This document shows, piece by piece, positions 40,260 through 50,258 of a stretch of 64,000 bases of DNA (the stretch's first letter is position 1; every line of letters starts with the position of its first letter). The position numbers and the translations under genes are program-made. Origin of the DNA: Candidatus Hydrogenedentota bacterium (lineage in GTDB: Bacteria; Hydrogenedentota; Hydrogenedentia; Hydrogenedentales; SLHB01); the NCBI GenBank assembly GCA_963745075.1, contig CAVUWV010000001.1:32001-96000 (forward strand), read 5' to 3'. The notes under the pieces are model-generated. The model was not told the DNA's origin, did no database searches, and saw only the letters and a list, made by a program, of their open reading frames with translations.

Positions 40260-41051
40260 GTGAAACAGCCGTTCAGGACTTTTGGCGTGTCGCTGGTCGC
40301 AATGATTCTCGCCGTATTGGCTGGGTGTCCTTCAAATAACCGAGACCCCGTGGCCGGCCAAACTCGAACTTTCGACGGTATCGAGTTTCAGTGGTGTCCG
40401 GCAGGGTCCCTAATGATGGGCAGCCCTTCAGATGAGGTGGGCCGTCAAATGGATGAAACCGTTCGTGCAGTCACCATTTCTCAAGGGTTTTGGTTGGGGA
40501 AGTACGAGGTGACGCAGGCACAGTGGGAGAAAACTCGAGGCACAAACCCGTCGTACCACATTGGCGATGATCTGCCGGTCGAAATGGTCAACTGGGACGA
40601 TGCCCAAGATTTTCTGGACGTTCTGAATGCCGGGGCTTCCGGAGCATCGTACCGGTTAGCGACGGAGGCCGAATGGGAGTATGCCCACCGGGCCGGGACC
40701 ACGACGCGGTTCTATTGGGGCGACGACCCGAACCTGACGGCCGTAGACAAACGTTCCTGGCACAATGGAAACAGTGACGCGACCCATGCGGTTGGATTAA
40801 GAATACCAAACAATTGGGGTCTCTGCGACATGTCCGGGAACGCCGCCGAATGGTGCCAGGATAGGTACGGAGACTATGTGCCGGGACCCGTGACGGACCC
40901 CCAAGGACCCAGTTCTGGCACGTCTCGCGTCGTGCGTGGGGGGTCATGGCTCGACGATCCGGAACTCGGCCGCTCAGCCGCTCGCAACTACGCAGCGCAA
41001 GACGTCCTGTCCCGCGATATCGGGTTTCGTGTGCTAAGGACCAAAGAGTAA
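40260..41051 (+). CDS. FGE-sulfatase (SUMF1/C-lectin fold) lipoprotein
   Basis: LAGC; MMGS, GKYEVTQAQW, RLATEAEWEYA, DMSGNAAEWC, RGGSW, IGFR. Confidence 0.92.
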   Translation: MKQPFRTFGVSLVAMILAVLAGCPSNNRDPVAGQTRTFDGIEFQWCPAGSLMMGSPSDEVGRQMDETVRAVTISQGFWLGKYEVTQAQWEKTRGTNPSYHIGDDLPVEMVNWDDAQDFLDVLNAGASGASYRLATEAEWEYAHRAGTTTRFYWGDDPNLTAVDKRSWHNGNSDATHAVGLRIPNNWGLCDMSGNAAEWCQDRYGDYVPGPVTDPQGPSSGTSRVVRGGSWLDDPELGRSAARNYAAQDVLSRDIGFRVLRTKE

Positions 41052-41134
41052 TGGGCAGCGCACTCCTTGTCTTTTCCCGTTCCAAGGGTAAAACGCATTC
41101 GCTATTGTGAGACTAACCGAAAGAGGTTCCGATC

Positions 41135-41932
41135 ATGAAACAATTCAGCGGCACCGTTGGCGCGGCGCTGGTCGCGTCGTGTTTTGTACTCTCCGTTGGA
41201 TGCCCGCCCGTTGGCAGAGACCCAGTAGCAGGCCAGACTCGAACCTTCGATGGCATAGAGTTTCAGTGGTGCCCTGCGGGCACCTTTGCCATGGGGAGTC
41301 CTTCGAGCGAGGCTGGTCGTGCAATTGACGAGACATTGCACGCGGTTACAATTGCCAAGGGATTTTGGCTGGGAAAGTTCGAAGTGACGCAGGCGCAGTG
41401 GGAGGATATTAGGAACACTAATCCTTCCTTTTTCGAGGGTAATGATCGACCGGTCGAAACAGTGAGTTGGAACGATGTCCAGGAGTACCTCGTCACCTTC
41501 AATGCCACGCATTCTGGCGCGACATACCGGTTGCCGACAGAAGCGGAGTGGGAATATGCGTGCCGTGCGGGTTCAACCTCGCGGTTCTACTGGGGCGAAG
41601 ATTCCAATGAAACCGCTATTGCTAATTATGCTTGGTACAACGCTAACAGCAGCAACAAGACGCACATCGTAGGAACGAAAAGCCCCAACGAATGGGGCCT
41701 TTTTGACATGTCTGGGAACGTCCACGAGTGGTGCCAAGATGAATACGGAGACTACCCAGCTGGTCCGGTTACCGATCCCATGGGAGCCATTCCGGGCGAT
41801 TCTGCGGTCTACCGTGGCGGGGCGTGGCACCTCGATCAACCATATTTTTGCCGTTCGGCGGCACGCTACTACGACCTTCCAAACCTAAAATACAACTATA
41901 TTGGCTTTCGCTTGTTGCGGACAGAGAATTGA
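41135..41932 (+). CDS. FGE-sulfatase lipoprotein, tandem paralog
   Basis: SVGC; shares RDPVAGQTRTFDGIEFQWCPAG with the previous gene; RLPTEAEWEYAC, DMSGNVHEWC. Confidence 0.92.
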   Translation: MKQFSGTVGAALVASCFVLSVGCPPVGRDPVAGQTRTFDGIEFQWCPAGTFAMGSPSSEAGRAIDETLHAVTIAKGFWLGKFEVTQAQWEDIRNTNPSFFEGNDRPVETVSWNDVQEYLVTFNATHSGATYRLPTEAEWEYACRAGSTSRFYWGEDSNETAIANYAWYNANSSNKTHIVGTKSPNEWGLFDMSGNVHEWCQDEYGDYPAGPVTDPMGAIPGDSAVYRGGAWHLDQPYFCRSAARYYDLPNLKYNYIGFRLLRTEN

Positions 41933-42123
41933 TGATTACGGTCCTATGCTTCGTTGGCAACTCCGGCAAGCAAAGGCCGGATTCAGCTCCCGACGAGTAT
42001 GCGAGTATCGAGCGGGAGCCGACCTAGGGGATCGAGGAATTCAACGTCATTCGCGAGACACATCTTGTCTATGTCGAGAGCGAATGTTCCAGCGTATCAG
42101 AGCTAACAACATGGGAGAATGGC

Positions 42124-45100
42124 ATGTATTCACTTCTTCGTATCGCATCGCGCATAGGGGTTGGTGCGGCGATTGTGGTCATGATTCTGACATTGCCGGC
42201 ACACGCGGTGGATGATTTTGTATGGGCTCGATCCGTCGGCGGAAGCGCCGACGATACCGGGGTTGACGTCGCGGTTGATGCCGAGGGTAACGCATACATT
42301 GCGGGCACTTTTTCCGGAACCGCTGATTTCGACCCGGGCCCTGGAGGTTACAATCTAGCAAGCGCCGGCGGCAAGGACGGATTTATAGTGAAACTCGATC
42401 GCAACGGAGACTTTGTCTGGGCGCGTTCGTTTGGCGGGAATTCTGCCGCGGTGACTAGTTATGCGGTTACGCTCGACGCGGTGGGAGGGGTGTATGTTGC
42501 AGGTTATTATGGTGGGACCGTGGACTTCGACCCAGGTTTCGGTTCCGCCAGTCGGACGAGTGCGAACCTCGAGGACCTTTTCGTACTGAAGGTGGATGTC
42601 GATGGAGACTTTTCGTGGGTCGTGACCAGCAGTGGCGGTGCGCTTTTTGACTCGGTCTTCGACGCGGCTGCAGATCCGGCAGGAAATGTCTATGTGGCGG
42701 GCGCGTTTGAAGGTACGGTCGATCTCGACCCAGGCCCCGCAACGCTTAATCTCACAAGTGCCGGCAGCACCGATGCGTTCATTCTCGCTCTCGATGGCAG
42801 TGGTTCCCTACTGTGGGCCAGGCAGCTCTCGGGACCACAGCGTAACTTTTGTTCCGGTATAGCGCTCGATCTGTCCGGCAATGTGTACTGCACGGGAGAA
42901 TTCTACAGCACGGTTGACTACGACCCCGGTGCAGGTATTTTCAATCTCACCAGCAACGGGCTCAACGATATTTTCGTTTTGAAGCTGGACTCCGCTGGGA
43001 TTTTCGCGTGGGCGAAAAACATGGGTGGTCCATTCGATGATAATGGGTTTGCCATTGCCGTCGATGGCGGCGGCAACGTCTACGCGACAGGTGGGTTTCA
43101 AGGTACGGTCGATTTCGATCCAAGCTTCCTCACGTTCGACCTAACCAGCAACGGTAGTAGAGATATCTTTGTACTTCGAATGGATTCTGCCGGCAACCTT
43201 TTTTGGGCCGTCAGCATGGGGGCCTTGAGCACAGACTTTGGATTGGGAATCGCCGCCGATAGTGAGAGAAACGTGTATACGACCGGCTATTTTCAATCGA
43301 ACACCGACTTTGACCCGGGGCCTGGCGTCTTCAATCTTGTCAGCGGAGGGGGACAAGATACGTTTATCCAGAAATTGAACGCAACGGGAGATTTCATCTG
43401 GGCCAGAAGTTTTTCAAGTGTGGATGAGGACGGACGAGGACGGAGTGTATTTGTTGATAGCCACGATAACGTATTCGTCGGAGGGGTTTTTGGGGATACG
43501 GCCGATTTTGACGTGGGTTCAGATACGTGGCAATTGACCAGTCAAGGTGGAACCGATGCCTATGTGGTCAAACTGGGAACCGTATCCGACCTCTCCATTA
43601 TGAAAAGTTCGCAGCCCAATCCTGTAGTGGCGGGAGCGATTGAGTACTACCAGATCGACGTTGACAATGCGGGCCCCAGCGACACCACCGCAGTGATTTA
43701 TGATGTCCTTCCAGAACAGGTGCAGTTCCTGGTGGACGATGGGCAACCGAACTGTACGCAGCCGGCGAATTTGCTTGGGTTACGCGCGTCCTTGGCGGGC
43801 GCGAACGAGGTGCCGCCCGCAATGCCTCCCAGCACGTCGACGGGAACGGCGACCTTTGTTCTTGATACGACGACCAACGAACTTATGTACACGATCGAGG
43901 TTTTGGATGTTACCGATCAAATCGTTTCGGCGCATATTCATACCGGTTCCGCGGGAGTCAGTGGCCCGATCGCGGTTTTGCTGTATCACGGCACGACTGA
44001 AATCACGGCGATTAGGCCCTTTGTAGGGAAGGTCCTATTGATACCGACCGACGCCGCAGCCATTCTGGCTGACCCCGCCGGTTTCTATGTAAACGTTCAC
44101 ACGGTCGGCTACCCTTCGGGCCTCATGCGCGGACAACTTGGCGTAACGCAAAACACGCCCATTCGCTGCGAAGTGAGTGAAATTCCAGCCGGGGATTTTG
44201 ACAGCCTTGTCTTGACGACGCTGGTCGCTCCGAATACGCCGGCGTTGTCTGTGCTCACGAACCTTGCCTTCGTCGTGGGTGCCAATGAAGAGCAACCCGG
44301 TGCATTGTGGGATAACGTTGCCAGCGCCGGATCCGCCGTGCAAGCTGCAGCGGATCTTCGCGTGACCCAAGTCAGTGCCAAGAGCACGAATGTTCAAGCG
44401 GGGGACGTGTTTACCTACAGCGTTTTCGTAGACAATCTGGGGCCCAGCTTTGCGCCTGGCGTGGCGCTTGATGTCGTCCTGCAATCGACGGGAGCCTTCG
44501 ACCTCATCGATGTGTCGTCGGACCGAGACATGAATATCACGGAAACGCCCGGCGGCGGACCTCTCGCGGTTGCCGGTTCGCCGCTTCCGCCCGGGGCGCC
44601 GCCTGCGCCATTCGGTGTGAACCCGCCAACGGGGGTGGCCAATGTCTATCAGCGACTGGATCTCAGCTGCAACTTGACCGGAGGCGACGACGCGCTTGTC
44701 CCCGATGCGTTAGGCGTGCTCGAAAGCGGAGTGCCTGCCGCGGCGGGCCGCTGGTCCTTGATTCTTCGGGCGCGCGCCCGAGAGGCGCAGACGATCAATA
44801 GCGTGGTAACGGTGCTTAGTGACGTTCCGGACCTCAACAGTGGCAACAACGACGCTGTTGACATCGTATCGGTACAGAATACGGCGGATTTGGCGATTAC
44901 AAAGACTGCTACTCCCGGGTCGGTTAATCCGGGAGACGAGATCACGTACTCAATGTCGGTGAATAACTTGGGGCCTTCAGCGGCATACCAGGTGGAGATT
45001 CGCGATGCGCTTCCGGCGGAAGTGGAGGTGCTGAACGTCACGGGTGTATTGCCGGGTGGCGGCGCGGCGGGTAGCATTCCCGGTACGCCCGGCAACCCGC

Positions 45101-45729
45101 TGGCTCCTGCGACGTGTTTTGTGGGGACTCTTGGGATTGGACAGACCGGTAGCATGACGATTGTGGCGCGTGCGCGAGGCGATATCGCACTCGATCCGTT
45201 GACGGGCGACCGCGTAATACACAACGGAGCGCGGGTCTGGAGTGCCACCTTCGATCCGGTGAACTCAAATAACGTGGCTTCCGCTTCTACAACGATCGCG
45301 TGTGCAGATCCCGATAGCCCAACGAATCTCGCGGCCACGGACGGATCCCAATTCCATTCGGTTATCCTCACATGGGATTCGGTGCCGGGCGCTGCAGGGT
45401 ATACCGTGTATCGCAGTGCCATTGACAATTTCGCCACCGCGCAGCGCCTGGCCACTGTGGTCGAGCCACCATATGTTGATCTCGAGCCGTACGAGACGCC
45501 AAGCTTCTTGAACTGTAATCACGGTAAGAAGACGTTCACGTACTGGGTCAGCACGGTCAACAGCTGCGGCGAAAGCCTGCCCAGCGAGCCGGACATGGGA
45601 CACGAGAATCCTGCGAAGTTGGCCTCCTTGGTGCCTCAACTCAGTCAGGCGGGAGATATCGCGATCCTTCTTGCATTATTGACGCTAACCACGTGGCGAT
45701 ACTTCCGCAAGAAGGAACAAAATCAATAG
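42124..45729 (+). CDS. Large surface protein: SBBP beta-propeller repeats, DUF11 repeats, CHRD, FN3-like domain, C-terminal TM + basic tail
   Basis: DxxGNVYxxG.F.GT.DFDPG repeats; DLSIMK/DLAITK..N.GPS; LAGANEVP...AHIH...YVNVHT...RGQL. Confidence 0.85.
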   Translation: MYSLLRIASRIGVGAAIVVMILTLPAHAVDDFVWARSVGGSADDTGVDVAVDAEGNAYIAGTFSGTADFDPGPGGYNLASAGGKDGFIVKLDRNGDFVWARSFGGNSAAVTSYAVTLDAVGGVYVAGYYGGTVDFDPGFGSASRTSANLEDLFVLKVDVDGDFSWVVTSSGGALFDSVFDAAADPAGNVYVAGAFEGTVDLDPGPATLNLTSAGSTDAFILALDGSGSLLWARQLSGPQRNFCSGIALDLSGNVYCTGEFYSTVDYDPGAGIFNLTSNGLNDIFVLKLDSAGIFAWAKNMGGPFDDNGFAIAVDGGGNVYATGGFQGTVDFDPSFLTFDLTSNGSRDIFVLRMDSAGNLFWAVSMGALSTDFGLGIAADSERNVYTTGYFQSNTDFDPGPGVFNLVSGGGQDTFIQKLNATGDFIWARSFSSVDEDGRGRSVFVDSHDNVFVGGVFGDTADFDVGSDTWQLTSQGGTDAYVVKLGTVSDLSIMKSSQPNPVVAGAIEYYQIDVDNAGPSDTTAVIYDVLPEQVQFLVDDGQPNCTQPANLLGLRASLAGANEVPPAMPPSTSTGTATFVLDTTTNELMYTIEVLDVTDQIVSAHIHTGSAGVSGPIAVLLYHGTTEITAIRPFVGKVLLIPTDAAAILADPAGFYVNVHTVGYPSGLMRGQLGVTQNTPIRCEVSEIPAGDFDSLVLTTLVAPNTPALSVLTNLAFVVGANEEQPGALWDNVASAGSAVQAAADLRVTQVSAKSTNVQAGDVFTYSVFVDNLGPSFAPGVALDVVLQSTGAFDLIDVSSDRDMNITETPGGGPLAVAGSPLPPGAPPAPFGVNPPTGVANVYQRLDLSCNLTGGDDALVPDALGVLESGVPAAAGRWSLILRARAREAQTINSVVTVLSDVPDLNSGNNDAVDIVSVQNTADLAITKTATPGSVNPGDEITYSMSVNNLGPSAAYQVEIRDALPAEVEVLNVTGVLPGGGAAGSIPGTPGNPLAPATCFVGTLGIGQTGSMTIVARARGDIALDPLTGDRVIHNGARVWSATFDPVNSNNVASASTTIACADPDSPTNLAATDGSQFHSVILTWDSVPGAAGYTVYRSAIDNFATAQRLATVVEPPYVDLEPYETPSFLNCNHGKKTFTYWVSTVNSCGESLPSEPDMGHENPAKLASLVPQLSQAGDIAILLALLTLTTWRYFRKKEQNQ

Positions 45730-45901
45730 CTGCGAGTGTGAACAGAGCTCTGTAGCTACGAGGCGGGAGTGGCGCTTGTTACCAAGGCAAAATTGGCAAT
45801 GCGTCACTTCCGCCATCGGAGCGGTCGGTCGGCCGGAGGATTTGAAGGCGGTTACCACGACCGGATTGCAGAGCCCATTTACGACACGTTTCCGGCCGAA
45901 C

Positions 45902-46140
45902 CTGTCCTTGCGGAAAATCCGTCCGGCGCGCCTTGTTCCTTGCGCTAAGCAGAACACCATGGTGACGAAGTGCAGGAAATCAGGTTCGGCGGATTGTCTA
46001 TCGGAATGAGGTGCGAGGAATGGAGTCACGTCACGCTTATTGGCTATGCGGCGTGGTGTTCGTACCTGTGGTGAAACCCACCGACTTGGGGGAGCGAAAC
46101 GACCTCGCCCACGTCAGCCGTTTGAATCGGACAGATGTCC
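45902..46140 (-). mobile_element. Terminal remnant of the same IS family as 32978..34358
   Basis: Same end TGTCCTTGCGGAAAATCCGTCCGGC and C-terminal peptide VVSLPQVGGFHHRYEHHAA*. Confidence 0.8.
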
Positions 46141-46340
46141 AGGTTGTCTATAGCCAGCGGAAGTTGAGTTTACACGAAGGGCGGGGTGGCTTCGAAAAGT
46201 GTGGCACTTTGTGTGCCACATTTTTTGAAGAACATGTGCACCATGGCGTACCATGTGGTGCAGAGTTGAAAAACGCTAAGTGGTTGGCGCTGCGCTAATT
46301 GCTTGGAATGCAGCGGGTTACACGGAATCGCAGTTCCGGC

Positions 46341-46382
46341 CTCATAACCCAAAGGTCGCAGGTTCGAATCCTGCCCCCGCTA
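46341..46382 (+). mobile_element. att-like site: 3' half of tRNA-Met(CAT), copy 2
   Basis: Identical 40-bp core plus TA; TGTGGCAC/GTGCCACA inverted repeat at 46200-46220 upstream. Confidence 0.85.
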
Positions 46383-46574
46383 ATTCTGCGGGAGTTGGGT
46401 AGGCAGAAGGGGATCGAGTTGGTGGAAGGCATTGCGGCATCCGATCATATCCGCATGCTGCTGCGAGTGTCGCCCAAGTACAACGTAGCGATGACGGTGG
46501 TGTATCTGAAAGGTAGCAGTGCGATTCGAATTCACCGGGAATTGACAAGGACAAGAGGGACGTTGTCTGGTTAA
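46383..46574 (+). pseudogene. tnpA: IS200/IS605 TnpA (Y1) internal fragment
   Basis: ILRELGRQKGIELVEG...DHIRMLL..SPKY.V...V.YLKGSSAIRIHRE; second HUH His lost; both ends missing. Confidence 0.8.
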
Positions 46575-46593
46575 ATGAGGAAGAAAGGTCCAA

Positions 46594-47484
46594 ATGAATT
46601 CATATTGTCTCCATCACACACGTACGTCCATCGCAGTCGCGACGTGTATGTTACTGGCCGGAGGGGCCGGAATACTGTGCGGCGGCCATCCGGGGATTGA
46701 ATATGGCTGGACTGCACCGGTAGGCGTATTGCTCGTCGTCGGCTGTCTCCTTGTTGTCATCTGGCCAAAACTACCTAGATTGTTCGTCTATACCGACGGA
46801 TTCGTAGTGCGTGGGTTTCTTGAGGGCGGGAAACGTAAATACGATTGGCAAACAGTGCAGGGAGTCAAGACTCGGGGACAATTGACAACGGCGGGCTTCA
46901 TCGTACTTACGACGGAGGGCCGCGTGCGTATACGAGGAAGTCTTTCGGGCGTCACAGAATTATACAGAGTATTTAAGAAGATGGCGTCCGATTCAGAGCA
47001 TTCTTCTCTGAACTTAACGAAGGCTTATTGTGAGGGTGGCGAGACTATTGTACTACGAAAGAATTGGCAAATGGGTATTGGTCCCGCCATTGTTTTCGCA
47101 ACCTCCGGTTGGTTCTTAATAATTGTGGATAAAAGTACTTCCGCCAACGCGTGGTTTTTGTACATTTTGCTTGGGGCGGGGTTGGCAGGGGGTGCAATAA
47201 ATAGCCTCCAAGTTCTTGTCAGTCCTTTTACAATCCGTCTTACCGGTACAAAGCTAATGATTGTTGGAATCGCTCGTCGAAAAGAGTGGGATTTGGGGCA
47301 AATTACGAGCATGGGTGTCCTCAGGCCTTCTGACTCAGAGCAGCTGCAAATATGTACCGATACTGGTGAGACGGTGAAGATACGGCTCAAAGATCTTTTT
47401 GGTTACCCCGTCTTTGACCGCGCGTTTTGCTCTATCTATTATCGATGGGAGATGTGTCGAGATCGACAGATTACGGGCAATTAG
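46594..47484 (+). CDS. Hypothetical membrane protein (two 2TM + PH-like modules)
   Basis: Hydrophobic pairs each followed by a beta-rich segment; visibly more AT-rich than the flanks. Confidence 0.6.
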   Translation: MNSYCLHHTRTSIAVATCMLLAGGAGILCGGHPGIEYGWTAPVGVLLVVGCLLVVIWPKLPRLFVYTDGFVVRGFLEGGKRKYDWQTVQGVKTRGQLTTAGFIVLTTEGRVRIRGSLSGVTELYRVFKKMASDSEHSSLNLTKAYCEGGETIVLRKNWQMGIGPAIVFATSGWFLIIVDKSTSANAWFLYILLGAGLAGGAINSLQVLVSPFTIRLTGTKLMIVGIARRKEWDLGQITSMGVLRPSDSEQLQICTDTGETVKIRLKDLFGYPVFDRAFCSIYYRWEMCRDRQITGN

Positions 47485-47512
47485 GCAATTGGGGGGACAC
47501 GATACTTGATTC

Positions 47513-47920
47513 TCAGAGCGCTACGACGGGTGGACCCACAACCTGAACATGCACTTGGTTACCTCGACGCCGGTATCTGGGCGGCCGACCACGGTCGTCG
47601 CGTATGACGAGACGGGAACCGAGCGCACGTACACGTACAACTCGACCGGCGGCGGGAATTACTACTATCTCCGAGCCAATGGCACGTCGGCCGAGCGCGG
47701 CACGCTGTTGACCTTGGAAGGTGCTACGGGCGAGTATTTCCTGACCTTGCCCGGCGGGCGGGAATACCACTTCTCCGCTGCAACGGCCGATGCGTACCGG
47801 TTCGCGAGGCTGGTGGCCATTGCCGACCGGAACGGAAACGAGTTGACGCTGGCGTACGACGGCGCTGTGGGCACGGGCAAACTAACGAAGGCCTCGCCGC
47901 CCGCCGGTGACGCCCGCTAA
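47513..47920 (+). pseudogene. RHS/YD-repeat protein N-terminal fragment (DUF6531-like)
   Basis: GWTHNLNMHL...Y.LTLPGGREYHF...RLVAIADRNGNELTLAYD. Confidence 0.7.
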
Positions 47921-49657
47921 CTCGACTCCGTGATCTTCAAAGTGGATAGGAAGCACACCAATGAAGGTGTTAAGCGAGTCCCCGTCTATCCATTTGAGCA
48001 AGGCTGTGATCTCGTGCGCTTGCCACTCCGAGGCCACTTCTAGAACACCAGCTAGCGCTGTGCCTCCAGTCTGCGCGCGAACCTGACCATAGGCACGGCA
48101 CGCAACAGCCCCAAATTCTGGATGAACGATAGCCTTGGCAACATATGGACCCGAGACTGGTTCTCCGTGCAGATCGATTTCTTCAACTTTGAACGTAAAT
48201 CCAAAGTGACCTTTGCCCAATGGTTGCACGATACGATAGCGTCGGCTATTTAATTCTCGGATCGTCGCCTCATCCCAGTATTCAGGTGCCAATGGTTGTT
48301 CGGTAGCCTCCTGGGTGGATCCAGTCACTGGCCCTACCAACTCCTCCTGAAGCAGAGTGGCTAATTGCGCCGCTTCCGGCCGATCTTGAGGTTTCTCTGA
48401 CTGGCCGCGTGCGAGCACCCGCTTGGAAGAATCTGCAATCGGGTCGTTGTGCTCCCCAAATATTTGTTTTAAGACCGACGTGAGCGCATATACGTCCGAT
48501 TTTGTGGACGCAAGATCCAGACCCCCGGCGACTAATTCAGGAGCTATCCACTCGGCGACCTCGGTTGGTGGGGCTGCTCCGGCAACCGTGTCCGTTCCGG
48601 GGATTCGCGCGAACTCGAAGCCCGTGAAGACTGGCCTATTATCGCTTCGGACGAGGACCGTCTCCGGCGAAATCCGTCGATGCAACACGGCAGATTCAAG
48701 AGCCTGATGCACTTCGGCCAGTTGCGCCAGGCAAGCTTGCGCAAATGCAGCGCGATCCGCAGTTGACCAATTGGTATCAAGTACTTTCTTCGCCAAAGGC
48801 ACCGCTACCGGTTCAGAGTATGAGAAGTAATACATTTCACCGGTAAAGCCTGGTACGGGTTGAAAAGTCTCCATCATGGCGGGAATGCATTCTAGCTTTT
48901 GCAGCCGCCGTACGGCTTCATACTCACGAGTTGCGACGTTCAGTGCTTCGGGTTCGCTTGCCGCAGACAGATCGTAAATGTGCAAGATCACGCGATCACC
49001 CGTAGTTGACCTGCGTGCGCGGTAAGTTCTTCGCCAGGCCAAAACGCTGGTGCCAGCTGATTCACACTCGAGATAATCCCCAAAGCTTGTCATGCGGGGG
49101 TGCGACGCACGGGGGATTACGGCATTGAGCGCCTTCAGAACAGTGGCAATTTCGCCATCACTAAGGCACCTCGCCTTTTGACAACCAAGCAATTCCTGCC
49201 ACTCTCCGATGCCGTAAGCAGGAACTCCTGAAAGTGAGGTAACGGTCGAAGCACCTGAGAATCGTTCCCGCTCCGCACCGGTAAGCAAGAGCTTCGCGGG
49301 GATGAACAGGTTCTGTACCATCGGAATGCTCTTCAGACGAGATTTTAGGATTTGCGCCTTTCTTTGCGCTTTTAATGCCTCGGCCCGCACACCATCGGAG
49401 TTCGCCACTGACTCCACATATCGGCGATCCCAATGTTTTACTTCAACGACGACAATTCCGGAAGAACCGATGGCGAGAATGTCAATCTCATAGGGCATGC
49501 GAGCCCCTGCCTGGAAGGAGATACATAGATTGGTGAGAAGGACCCACGTCCCTGCGGTTTCATCTCCAATGAGGCGTTGGCGAAGGTATTCGAGTGCGCG
49601 CCGCTCACTTTCGTTCGCGAACGGAGCGCAAGGAACATGGGTTACGCGTTGTGACAT
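47882..49657 (-). pseudogene. NERD nuclease + kinase-like + start of a second kinase domain (PglW-like), C-terminally truncated
   Basis: FANESERRAL...EIDILAI...VVEVKHW; LHRRISPETV..FTGFEFAR; second kinase LGKGHFG..YVAK ends at the RHS junction near 47918. Confidence 0.75.
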
Positions 49658-49756
49658 CGTTCCACCTTCCGCTTGCACGTGGCCACGGATATCTTAACAG
49701 TCGACTTGTCCCGTCAAATCATCTTCAGTGGCTTACGGCAATTGCTGATGCCGCAC

Positions 49757-49939
49757 CTACCGACTTTGGTCTTCGCGCTTTTCACTCTGCACATACTTTT
49801 CCGCAGCCTCCCTCACTACCCACGCGAGTGAGACCTTCTTCCTTTTGGCAATGCGTTCTAATGCCCGGTAGAGTTCCGCAGGAAAGCCAATAGAGGCCCG
49901 CACTAGCGCGCCCTTTCTCTTCGATTCGACCCTCTTCAT
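49757..49939 (-). CDS. CopG/ribbon-helix-helix regulator
   Basis: VRASIGFPAELYRALERIAKRKKVSLAWVVREAAEKY; GGGAGAGG RBS. Confidence 0.85.
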   Translation of the reverse strand: MKRVESKRKGALVRASIGFPAELYRALERIAKRKKVSLAWVVREAAEKYVQSEKREDQSR

Positions 49940-50258
49940 AATACCTCTCCCTGCGGTGATCACCACATTACACCGAATTGGTGCGCATCGGCAAGATTTC
50001 GCCGTACAGTATCGTGGCAGTCTAGCGGGAATAACAGGTCCCTAGCTGGAAAGCCCTTACTCTTGAGCAAACGGTACGGGGAAGCCGCTCACCAAAGAGC
50101 GGCCGGTTCCAGATTAAGGCGGTATGCTCGTCGGGAACAAGCATGGCGTCGATTAGAAGTGCGAGGGTATGGCGGGACCACACGGGCGGGACCGGGTGGA
50201 ACTGAACTGCGTCATAATTTCGCATACAGGGAGCGATTCTATACGGAGGAATCGACAA

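Noticed and set aside
40900..41932. FGE-sulfatase C-termini as diversity-generating retroelement variable regions
   Set aside because: The fold and position fit DGR targets, but no reverse transcriptase and no AAC-rich template repeat is visible in the window, and the two paralogs differ throughout. A remote TR cannot be excluded without a genome search.
40095..42100. Additional ECF promoter copies before the FGE and SBBP genes
   Set aside because: CGCATT/CGTATC hexamers are present, but no matching -35 at 17-bp spacing.
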